From a virus (lineage: Duplodnaviria > Caudoviricetes), in the IMG/VR virus record IMGVR_UViG_3300031088_000782, positions 32,001-96,000 of that record: a stretch of 64,000 nt of DNA; one strand, written 5' to 3'. The position numbers and the translations under genes are program-made. Each line of letters starts with the position of its first letter. Position 1 is the first letter of the stretch. Shown here one piece after another: positions 48,953-56,971 of this stretch. Below the pieces are notes generated by a model. That model was not told where the DNA came from. It saw only the letters and a program-made list of their open reading frames with translations, and made no database searches.

Positions 48953-50098
48953 ATGACAGATAGTATTGAAATTGATGCAACAGTAAAGGAGGAAAGCGAA
49001 GAAGAAACTGTAGAAGAAACTCCTGGAAACAACAGAAAAAAGAAAAGAAGAAAAAGAGATGTAATAAAGAAAACCATTAAAGAAGATTCTGGTTTATCTC
49101 TTTTAAAAGTAAGTATAACCGTATTGACAGCTGTTTCAATGGCTCTTATATCTTCTAAATTGACAGGTTTTGTCAACAGTTTAATGTTGGTCGCTTTAGT
49201 TTCCATAGGTTCAGCTGTCATGACTGAATTTTATAGAATCATCCTGTCTCTTACCAGCCTCAGTGCGAAAAAAGTCATTCTTCCAGTTGTCAAAATAAAT
49301 CCAGATGGAACAACCAAAGAAATAGAATTAGAAACAACAGAAGAAGAAATGTCTTCAGAAGACCATAAAAATAACACTACTTCCGAAACAAACAACGAAA
49401 AAACATTAGAAACTAAAAAGCCTAATCCTGTTAAACAATATTTACACAATTCTCCATTAATGAAAATGACTTTGTTGTTCATGGTCATATCTTTGTTGAC
49501 TATTGGAGCGAATTATTTTATAACAACTCATAATGATAAAAACGCAAAGGTTGAACACACAACAACAACTGTACACACAACAGAACAAGAAAGATTATCA
49601 GATAAAGAAAAAGAATCTATAATAGATTCTGCTGTTAATGAGTCAAAAGGTGCAAATCCAAGTCAGACTGAATCAAAAAACAATAAAGATACTAAAAACA
49701 ACGAAGATAAAACTAATACCTCTTCTAATAGTTCAACATCTAACACAAAAGAAAATAATAATGATAAAACTGAAACTGAAAAAGAAACTATCATTGAAAA
49801 AGAGGTTTCAAACAAATCTCTCCCGCAGCAAATAAAGGAACTTAAAAAACAAAATAAAGAACTTCAGGATAGAATTGACTCTTTGGAAAAATCGAACAAA
49901 AACAAATCCTCTTCTTCTAGTAATAATTCATCAAACCCTGACACTAAGCTTATACAGTCATTACAAGATCAAATAGATACTCTACAAGATACTATTGATT
50001 CTCTTCAAAAGCAAATAGATGACATGGAAGAAAAAAATGATAATCAAGCACAAAAACTCAGTCCTAATTCAGCGAAAAGTTCAGCAGAAAGCAAATAA
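48953..50098 (+). CDS. Membrane protein with extracellular low-complexity region and coiled coil
   Basis: Three hydrophobic segments; N/S/T/K-rich linker; LQDQIDTLQDTIDSLQKQID heptads. Confidence 0.55.
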   Translation: MTDSIEIDATVKEESEEETVEETPGNNRKKKRRKRDVIKKTIKEDSGLSLLKVSITVLTAVSMALISSKLTGFVNSLMLVALVSIGSAVMTEFYRIILSLTSLSAKKVILPVVKINPDGTTKEIELETTEEEMSSEDHKNNTTSETNNEKTLETKKPNPVKQYLHNSPLMKMTLLFMVISLLTIGANYFITTHNDKNAKVEHTTTTVHTTEQERLSDKEKESIIDSAVNESKGANPSQTESKNNKDTKNNEDKTNTSSNSSTSNTKENNNDKTETEKETIIEKEVSNKSLPQQIKELKKQNKELQDRIDSLEKSNKNKSSSSSNNSSNPDTKLIQSLQDQIDTLQDTIDSLQKQIDDMEEKNDNQAQKLSPNSAKSSAESK

Positions 50099-50535
50099 TC
50101 CTATTGCTATACCTGCAATTTTTTCCATTTTATCTAAATGCTTTCAATCTTATAGAATATTGTTAAAAATTTTAAATAAAAAACATTTTAAAATACAAAT
50201 GAGAACGCACCCTGAAAAGGTTAGATTGTAAGCCTATTTTTCAAGGTAGTTTCGTGTATTTTGAACGCAATTTTTTAAAAATCATGTTTTGAGTATCCCT
50301 GTATTAAAACAATTTTTATTTTCATCAAAAACGATTCTGACAACAAGATTTGATTTTTGCTATCAGATTCTATGATGTTTTATGTTTAACAATATTGTTA
50401 GAATGATATTAGAAGGTTATAGATAGATTATCTAATTTATCTATACGTCCTTGATTTTTCAGGAGGTGATAGAATTTTTGAAAACTGATAATAGATTGCG
50501 AAAAATTCTGTAAAAACCATAATGATAAAGGATAG

Positions 50536-50769
50536 ATGATTATGAAAATAAATAGAAAATCTGAAAACAATGAAAACAAACGTTTCAACAGAATGCTAGT
50601 CAAGATTTCTCGGGGAAGAAAAAGAAAACCCGAATACGAAGAAAAGAAAGAGATCAGAACAGCCCTCAAGCATTATCACGGCGGACAGACTGAAGCAACT
50701 AATCGCAAAACAGAAGAACATGAGGCATTACATTATGAAGAAAATGCAAATGGATTAGTCCTCACATAA
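50536..50769 (+). CDS. Small basic hypothetical protein
   Basis: 77-aa ORF with SD aagga. Confidence 0.4.
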   Translation: MIMKINRKSENNENKRFNRMLVKISRGRKRKPEYEEKKEIRTALKHYHGGQTEATNRKTEEHEALHYEENANGLVLT

Positions 50770-50789
50770 CAATGAAAATAAACAAATAT

Positions 50790-50838
50790 TAACAAATTGC
50801 GGAAGAGTTGAATAAGCTCTTTCGCAATTTGTTATAAT
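50790..50838. terminator. 18-bp hairpin whose right arm overlaps TG-T-TATAAT
   Basis: taacaaattgcggaagag / ctctttcgcaatttgtta; TATAAT at 50833-50838. Confidence 0.6.
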
Positions 50839-50917
50839 ACTCGGAGAGAACTGTTTGATAGGTGACTCACAAATACAGAAACTTTAAAAATTTGTAAGCA
50901 ATTTAGGGAGTAAAACT

Positions 50918-52579
50918 ATGGGAAAAAGAAAGAAGACTCTTAAAGAATATAAGGAACAAGGCAAAAGAGCACCTTGGATTCCTTATCTTTACGACAGAAC
51001 TTTCCCATATTTCGTTGTTTTAATGACTCTTTCCGCTGTTGTTGGATCATATCTTTTCATCAAAGAAGGATTTGACAGTTTCAACAGAATGCAAGAAAGC
51101 CCGAAAGCCGTTTCACCCTATCAAAATATTACAGCTTCAAATTCTCCTGGAATGAATTGGGGTAGTAAACTTATTACAGAAAAACCTCCCACAGTATCGA
51201 AGTGGCAAAGCACAGGAACCACTAAACCTCAACATGCAGTGGAACCTAAAAACTGCGCTTACATAAAAGATATTCCCACAAGTCTTTTATCAACATATGT
51301 TTCTTCAGGAAGTGGAGTAGAAACACGAATTCAAGTATATGGAGCAGGTCAAGCAGCAAAAAATTTCAACGCATATATTTCAGCATTGGAAAAGTGCGGA
51401 TCTGTTGAAACAGCTTCAGATGATACTGCTGGAGTTGCCAAATATGACGATAATTTCATCATGACAATTGGTGATTCAATAATTTCAGCAACAACACAGA
51501 ATTCAGAAGATAGAGAAAAAGTACTTAAATTCTATATGAAAGAAGCAGAATCGACTCTTAAAGATTCAGGATGCTTGGCTCTAAATGTTACAAAAGAAGA
51601 TGCAAACAGGAGTTTCTTCTATGATTCAAAATCTTATACAGGATTAAAAGAGTCCAAAAAGCTTGAAACAGATGTCAAAATCGACAATCTTCCCACTCCT
51701 ACCTCCATCAAAAGACTGACTATCAAGAACAAATATGCCAGTGAGCCAGAATCTCCTCTTCCAAAAGATTTTCCAGAACTTCCATCAGAAAAAGAAAAGC
51801 CAAATCTTCCTGATGAAGTAAAGAATGAAACTGCTTTTGAAGGGACCGCTGTCTATAAAATCATGGACGAAAATGGTCCCGGATGTGGATGGAAATGGTC
51901 AGCACAGAACACCCCACAGTATGATGAAAAAGATATGCTTGACAATGAGAAAAGAACAATTGCGGACAAGCAGAAAGAGATCGATGACAAAGCTTCAGCT
52001 TATGTAAACAAAAAACTCGAATGGGCTTTCAGTATTGGACTTACTGCTCCAAAAATTGACGAATGGAATACCTATGTTAATAAAGTTAACAAAGTTCACA
52101 AAAAATGGACATGGCTTGATAATGAAAGAGAAAAACTGAGAACTCCTTGGTATAACTATGTTGATGCTCACAGAGATTGGGAAACTTTCGATGACAGAAA
52201 AGACAAAGCATCAGACCAGTATGACAAAAAACTTGAAGAATGCCAAGCAAAACAAGATGAACTTGATGAATGGGAAGATAAGTGGGGAGACAAAGCCAAA
52301 GAGGACAAAAAGGATAAAGAGAAAAATGACAACGGAAACTCTGATGATGACACAACAGAATCTCCAGAAGATCCAGACAATCCTAACCCAACAGAAGAAC
52401 CGGAGCCAGAGCCAACAGAAACACAGGAACCTCCGAAAGAAAACATTCCTGACAAACCGGAAGGGTGTAGCAATCTCCCCCAAAAGCCTGCTATCATCAG
52501 CCAAGAAAAACCGCTTGAACCGAAAGCACCTAAAATTCCTGAAGGTGTAACAATTCCCGACTCTTGGCCGAAAGTTTAA
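50918..52579 (+). CDS. Bitopic surface protein with coiled coil and Pro/Glu-rich tail
   Basis: One TM, several Cys, Trp-rich coiled coil, PEDPDNPNPTEEPEPEP tail. Confidence 0.55.
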   Translation: MGKRKKTLKEYKEQGKRAPWIPYLYDRTFPYFVVLMTLSAVVGSYLFIKEGFDSFNRMQESPKAVSPYQNITASNSPGMNWGSKLITEKPPTVSKWQSTGTTKPQHAVEPKNCAYIKDIPTSLLSTYVSSGSGVETRIQVYGAGQAAKNFNAYISALEKCGSVETASDDTAGVAKYDDNFIMTIGDSIISATTQNSEDREKVLKFYMKEAESTLKDSGCLALNVTKEDANRSFFYDSKSYTGLKESKKLETDVKIDNLPTPTSIKRLTIKNKYASEPESPLPKDFPELPSEKEKPNLPDEVKNETAFEGTAVYKIMDENGPGCGWKWSAQNTPQYDEKDMLDNEKRTIADKQKEIDDKASAYVNKKLEWAFSIGLTAPKIDEWNTYVNKVNKVHKKWTWLDNEREKLRTPWYNYVDAHRDWETFDDRKDKASDQYDKKLEECQAKQDELDEWEDKWGDKAKEDKKDKEKNDNGNSDDDTTESPEDPDNPNPTEEPEPEPTETQEPPKENIPDKPEGCSNLPQKPAIISQEKPLEPKAPKIPEGVTIPDSWPKV

Positions 52580-52821
52580 TAAAAAGAAACAAAAAGGCTT
52601 AAAAAACTTTCGCTAATTTTTTAAAAAAAAATAATATAGAAAAATGAATAATGCAACATCAATCTTGGTAGAATGGTAGTGACCTTGAAAAATATGAGTT
52701 TTGAAAGAATTGAATATTTTTTAAAAGACTTATAGAAATCAATATGGGTCACGCTCAAAGCCATGAGTAAAAGAAACAAATAAGACAATATAAAAAATAC
52801 GTAAGTAAAGGATGTATAAAA

Positions 52822-53343
52822 ATGGCTTCAGTAATCGCAGAAGTAACAGTAGTAGGACAAGTCGGAAAAGTTTACGAGCTTCGCCGCACAAAAGATGATC
52901 GTGCAAATATTGATTTCAGCGTAGCAGTAACAACACGCAAAAGAGATGATAGCACAGGCAAGTGGGAAGACGGAGACACCACTTGGCACAACATCAAAGC
53001 ATGGGGAAAAATTGCTGAAAATGTTGAAAAATCACTTCGTTCAGGAGACCGAGTAATCGTTAAAGGTTACTACACTCTCCGTAATGAATGGACAAAAGAC
53101 GATGGAACAGTTGTGCCAGCAAGAAACCAGTTCGTAGCAACGCACATCGGAGTTGAAATCGGATTCGATCCTGCTCACTCAGATCGTCAACCAAAAGGTG
53201 GAGGATCTTCATCTTACAACGGCAACGGGAACAATTCAGCATCACAGGAAAAAGCTTCCAAGCCAGAGCCAAAGGCATCTAATAACACAGACAGCCTTGA
53301 TGACCTTGATCTCGACCTTGATCTTGATGATCAGCCATTCTGA
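52822..53343 (+). CDS. ssb: Single-stranded DNA-binding protein
   Basis: OB-fold VVGQVG...FSVAVT...TTWHNIKAWGKIAENVEKSLRSGDRVIVKG; acidic tail ending DDQPF. Confidence 0.92.
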   Translation: MASVIAEVTVVGQVGKVYELRRTKDDRANIDFSVAVTTRKRDDSTGKWEDGDTTWHNIKAWGKIAENVEKSLRSGDRVIVKGYYTLRNEWTKDDGTVVPARNQFVATHIGVEIGFDPAHSDRQPKGGGSSSYNGNGNNSASQEKASKPEPKASNNTDSLDDLDLDLDLDDQPF

Positions 53344-53358
53344 AAATAATTGAATAAA

Positions 53359-53402
53359 AATAGTAAAGGCAGCAGTTGTCAAAGATTGCTGCCTTTACTA
53401 TT
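53359..53402. terminator. 18-bp hairpin terminator after ssb
   Basis: aatagtaaaggcagcagt / attgctgcctttactatt. Confidence 0.75.
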
Positions 53403-53492
53403 GCTTAAAAACTTCGCCAAATCATTCGTCAAAAGTGTTCAAACAATTGGTAAAATAAATGATGAATGAAAAGAAAATGATATTAGTAAAAA

Positions 53493-54257
53493 ATGATAAT
53501 GACAGGAGTATCAGCTGTGGATAACAACAGAAATAACTCATATGAAGAAGAGTCAGGGTTTGATCTTACCGAAGGTGAAGAAATCGGAACTGACAATATT
53601 ATGCGCGACCCCACAGACTATACCGATTATGCTGAAAAAGCGCAAACAAGAAAACTCTGGAAAGTCATCTTCATCTTCCTTGCAGTAGGAATAATAGGAA
53701 TAGCTTTATTGTTCGGAACCTTATCAATAATGGACAATAAAGAAGAACAAAAAGAACCTGAAACAGAACAAAGTCAAAGCCCCCAACAAACCCGACCAGC
53801 CGAAGATTCAACAAATCCAATAGCCGAATTGTCAAAAAGCGCACCAGAAGTAAAAGTATCAGAAAGCAAAGTGACAGCAAAAGGAACAGAATTTAAAACC
53901 ACTGATAAAATAACTCTCAACATTAAAGGCTCCAAACTAAAAGAAACCCAAGTAGAATGCAAAGTCAAAAACGCAACAGATTTTTGTCTCGCCGGATATG
54001 CTGAAGTAAGAGATATAAAAATGAACGTCTACTATCTCAAAGACGCAGCACACTCCAGAATTTTTGAATCAACAGAAAACTTCACACCCCAAAATGTTGA
54101 AGGGGCACTCACAGCTGGATCCATGACTATCAACCTATCGGGACAAACGCCAGTCATCACAGTAGTAGCGAAAAACAGTTCAGGATTCATCATCACACTA
54201 CCAGATGACAAACCAGAAACAATAGACACAATTGTTACATCACTCAAAATTTCATAA
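53493..54257 (+). CDS. Bitopic membrane protein
   Basis: Acidic N-tail, one TM, extracellular domain with a Cys pair. Confidence 0.55.
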   Translation: MIMTGVSAVDNNRNNSYEEESGFDLTEGEEIGTDNIMRDPTDYTDYAEKAQTRKLWKVIFIFLAVGIIGIALLFGTLSIMDNKEEQKEPETEQSQSPQQTRPAEDSTNPIAELSKSAPEVKVSESKVTAKGTEFKTTDKITLNIKGSKLKETQVECKVKNATDFCLAGYAEVRDIKMNVYYLKDAAHSRIFESTENFTPQNVEGALTAGSMTINLSGQTPVITVVAKNSSGFIITLPDDKPETIDTIVTSLKIS

Positions 54258-54273
54258 CATTTGAAAAATAAAC

Positions 54274-54318
54274 AATAAATCAGCTATCGTTTTTTTATAG
54301 AATGATAGCTGATTTATT
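54274..54318. terminator. 18-bp hairpin
   Basis: aataaatcagctatcgtt / aatgatagctgatttatt. Confidence 0.65.
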
Positions 54319-54428
54319 CTCCCCCTGACAAATAATTCAAATATATAAAAATAGACATTATTTAATAATTGCAGATATTCGTATATTAGAGAACTTTGAA
54401 AAATATTTAACAAAAGTAAGGAACTTCA

Positions 54429-55853
54429 ATGCAATTAGTCATCATACTTGCCTTAGTCTATGTTATAGCTATGCCAATACTATTTCGTCTGATAGCACTG
54501 CTGCATAAAAAACTCGTTACAGACAGAGCAGCACAAAAAGCAGGGAATAATAAAGCCTTACAAAACAAAGTTCCACAACCAATATGGCGAATATGGAAAG
54601 AAAGAATCAGTTTTACCTTCAAAGACAAAAGAGACGCGAAAATAGGAAAGAAACAACTCAACCTACAAAACAGACAACTCTTTTTTATAATCTGGGGAAT
54701 AGGTCTAGCAGCAGTAGCATTAGGAGCATTCTTAGGGAACTGGAAAATTTATGTGCCATCCTACCTCATCTTCTTCTTCGCAATGGGATATGCAATAACA
54801 GCATCCAAAGACATACTCCAAAAACGAGAAAAAATGTATCGAAGAATGTTTGAAATTGCGCAATCGAAACTCGGAATATCTTCAGAATATTCCGAAAACC
54901 CACAAGCAGTCATCAGAGTATTAGAATGGGCTGACCCACTCAAACCAAACAAAGTTCAATTCGATGTGCCAACAACATTCGGACAAGAAGGCGAAGAAGG
55001 ATTCTTGCGCCAATTTAACCAAGTATTCGGAAACGAGACAGCCTGGGTGCCATTTGATGATGCAGAAAACGGAGTTCCCGGATGGAACTACGAAGAAGGA
55101 ACCGCAACATTCAGGGCTGTCCCGCCTTTGCCAACAATGGCACCGTGGGATGAACATTATGTATTGGGAGAAGGAGTTGCCTGGTCATTCTTTCCGATAG
55201 CCTTGGGCGTAGAGAACGGTGTCTCATTACCAAACCCACAAACAGGCGAAGTAGAGAATGTTTTAGGATTTGATTTATCTGGCGAACAAGTAAAAATTGG
55301 CAAAAAAGCTGGATTAGCAGTTGGGCCAGAGATTACCACTTCCCCAATGTGTTTAACAGGAGATACAAAAGTTGTTTTGGCTGATAACTCTGCAATAACT
55401 TTAAAAGATATGTCTGATTCAAATATTTCAGAATTTTTGGTAAAGAGTAATGAAAATGGAATTATTAAAAACAACATAATGAGAAGTATAATAAAAACAA
55501 GAAGCAATGCTGAAACATTAATTATTGAATTAGATGATGAGGGAATAATTAAGTCTACTTATGATCATTTAATTTATACTGACAAAGGATATGTTAAAGC
55601 TAAAGATTTAAAAACATTTGATAAAGTATTTTGTTTAGATGAAACTTATTCAACAATTATTAATATTAGTAAAGGAGAAGTTGTTGATGTATATGATGGA
55701 GAAGTAGATAAAGCTCATAACTTTTTCATCAAAACGGAGGGGCATTTAGATAATGCAGTCCAGGTTCACAATTGCTTTATCGGCGGGGGAACAGGCGGAG
55801 GAAAAAGTTTATCGGTGGATACACTGGTTGAAATTATCAATAAAGAACAGTAG
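54429..55853 (+). CDS. N-terminal gene of a fractured FtsK/SpoIIIE/TcpA-like ATPase (cis mini-intein plus split-intein N-fragment)
   Basis: TM helices, VQFDVP/FPIALGV FtsK-alpha-like region, then SPM|intein|CFIGGGTGGGK|SLSVDTLVEIINKEQ-stop. No Walker B or motor body in this ORF. Confidence 0.75.
   Translation: MQLVIILALVYVIAMPILFRLIALLHKKLVTDRAAQKAGNNKALQNKVPQPIWRIWKERISFTFKDKRDAKIGKKQLNLQNRQLFFIIWGIGLAAVALGAFLGNWKIYVPSYLIFFFAMGYAITASKDILQKREKMYRRMFEIAQSKLGISSEYSENPQAVIRVLEWADPLKPNKVQFDVPTTFGQEGEEGFLRQFNQVFGNETAWVPFDDAENGVPGWNYEEGTATFRAVPPLPTMAPWDEHYVLGEGVAWSFFPIALGVENGVSLPNPQTGEVENVLGFDLSGEQVKIGKKAGLAVGPEITTSPMCLTGDTKVVLADNSAITLKDMSDSNISEFLVKSNENGIIKNNIMRSIIKTRSNAETLIIELDDEGIIKSTYDHLIYTDKGYVKAKDLKTFDKVFCLDETYSTIINISKGEVVDVYDGEVDKAHNFFIKTEGHLDNAVQVHNCFIGGGTGGGKSLSVDTLVEIINKEQ
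55350..55772 (+). other. 141-aa class 1 mini-intein (no endonuclease)
   Basis: C1-LTGDTKV block A; IKSTYDHLIYT block B; VYDGEVDKAHNFF block F; QVHN followed by C+1. Confidence 0.9.
55806..55850 (+). other. 15-aa split-intein N-fragment (block A only)
   Basis: SLSVDTLVEIINKEQ directly after the Walker A Lys, matching the x-L-x-x-D-T-x-V block A pattern, then TAG. Confidence 0.75.
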
Positions 55854-55854
55854 T

Positions 55855-55917
55855 TTATTCTCCTCTTAAAAGTTGATATAATAAGATATAGAAACTTTTA
55901 AATTAAGGAGAAAATAA
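55855..55917 (+). promoter_or_regulatory. Hairpin sequestering the SD of the endonuclease gene, with a promoter element in its loop
   Basis: TTAAAAGTT (55866-74) pairs with AACTTTTAA (55893-901); TTCTCCT (55858-64) pairs with AGGAGAA (55906-12); TGATATAAT at 55874-82. Confidence 0.6.
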
Positions 55918-55919
55918 TT

Positions 55920-56891
55920 ATGGCTAAAGAAAAATATTATGGCTTTGACAAAAAATACACCGAAAAAGATGTTTGTGAAGAATATAAAAAAGGAAAATCT
56001 TTAAGTCAAATTTATAAAGACATAGGGGTAGCTCAAGTTACAACTAAAAAAATATTAAATAAACACAATATTCAAGAAAGGCAATTTCAAGTAGAATATA
56101 AAGAAGTAATTAAAGAGCTTGAAAAAGTAAGTATTGGGAAAAATGAGATATATGATTTTTATATTGTTCAAGGAAAATCTCAAAAGTTTCTGAAAGATAT
56201 GATTTTTGAGAAAACATCTATCAAAGTTGGAGACAAGGTTATTAATTCTCTTCTTAAATATTTCGAAATCAAAAAGAGTCCTGAACAAATAAAACGAGCA
56301 CAAGGGAATAAGTCTTTAAGCGAAAAAGCTTATAGTTATTCAATGCTTAAAAAAGCTGGATTTAATTCTACAAAAGAGCTTGCCGATTTTTATACAAATA
56401 ATTCAAATATGACTTATAGCGAAATTTGTGAATTATTGAATAATAAAATAGGAAAAGATGTGTTCACTCCACGTTGGCTTGGTAGGCATATGGCGAAAGA
56501 AATTGCAGAAGAAAATAAGGCTAAATCTTCTGTGTCTGAAAGGAGTTTAATGAAATATGTTGATTCAATTTATTCTGGTGAAATTTTGAAAAACAATTAT
56601 AACATTATCCCTCCAAAAGAATTAGACATTTATATTCCTGAATTTAACATTGCTATTGAATTTAATGGATTGTATTGGCATAGTGATAAGTTTATTGTTG
56701 CTAATCATGATATGACTTCTTATGACTATCATTATCAAAAATGGGAATTATGTAAGGATAAAGGAATTCAGCTTCTTTTCGTTTGGGAAGATGATTGGGA
56801 AGAGGATAAAGAAATTATAAAGAAAGCTCTTCTAGATGCTCTTAGCTTAGACAATAGAATTTTTAACCCTAAACTGTTTAGACTCGAATGA
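55920..56891 (+). CDS. Free-standing Vsr/PD-(D/E)xK-type (Hef-like) endonuclease with N-terminal HTH-like repeats
   Basis: SERSL...PKELDIYIPEFNIAIEFNGLYWHSD...YHYQKWELCKDKGIQLLFVWEDDW. Confidence 0.75.
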   Translation: MAKEKYYGFDKKYTEKDVCEEYKKGKSLSQIYKDIGVAQVTTKKILNKHNIQERQFQVEYKEVIKELEKVSIGKNEIYDFYIVQGKSQKFLKDMIFEKTSIKVGDKVINSLLKYFEIKKSPEQIKRAQGNKSLSEKAYSYSMLKKAGFNSTKELADFYTNNSNMTYSEICELLNNKIGKDVFTPRWLGRHMAKEIAEENKAKSSVSERSLMKYVDSIYSGEILKNNYNIIPPKELDIYIPEFNIAIEFNGLYWHSDKFIVANHDMTSYDYHYQKWELCKDKGIQLLFVWEDDWEEDKEIIKKALLDALSLDNRIFNPKLFRLE

Positions 56892-56971
56892 CTGACTATT
56901 ACTAAAAAAAAGAATATTGTTAAAATACTATTACTTGTGAAATTAATTTAAACAGTTAAAAAGGATGGATA

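Noticed and set aside
52678-52760. Possible structured leader upstream of ssb closed by gtgacc/ggtcac
   Set aside because: Only 6-7 bp of convincing pairing in very AT-rich sequence; not enough to call an ncRNA or single-strand origin.
53296-53332. gac-ctt-gat microsatellite-like run in ssb
   Set aside because: Encodes DDLDLDLDLDD in the normal acidic SSB tail; ordinary low complexity.
53479-53483. GATAT copies at non-matching distances (2271, 6874, 13623, 20036, 33766, 48867, 50405, 53479)
   Set aside because: They lie 14 or 69-131 nt from the next start, so they were left out of the positional set. They could be longer-leader promoters or chance matches in AT-rich DNA.
55773-55853. Reading GGTGGGKS as a complete Walker A and the gene as a simple truncated pseudogene
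   Set aside because: The residues after Lys match intein block A, and a complementary block-A-less intein starts at 63770 with its own start context. Plain truncation is not excluded until sequence beyond 64000 is seen.
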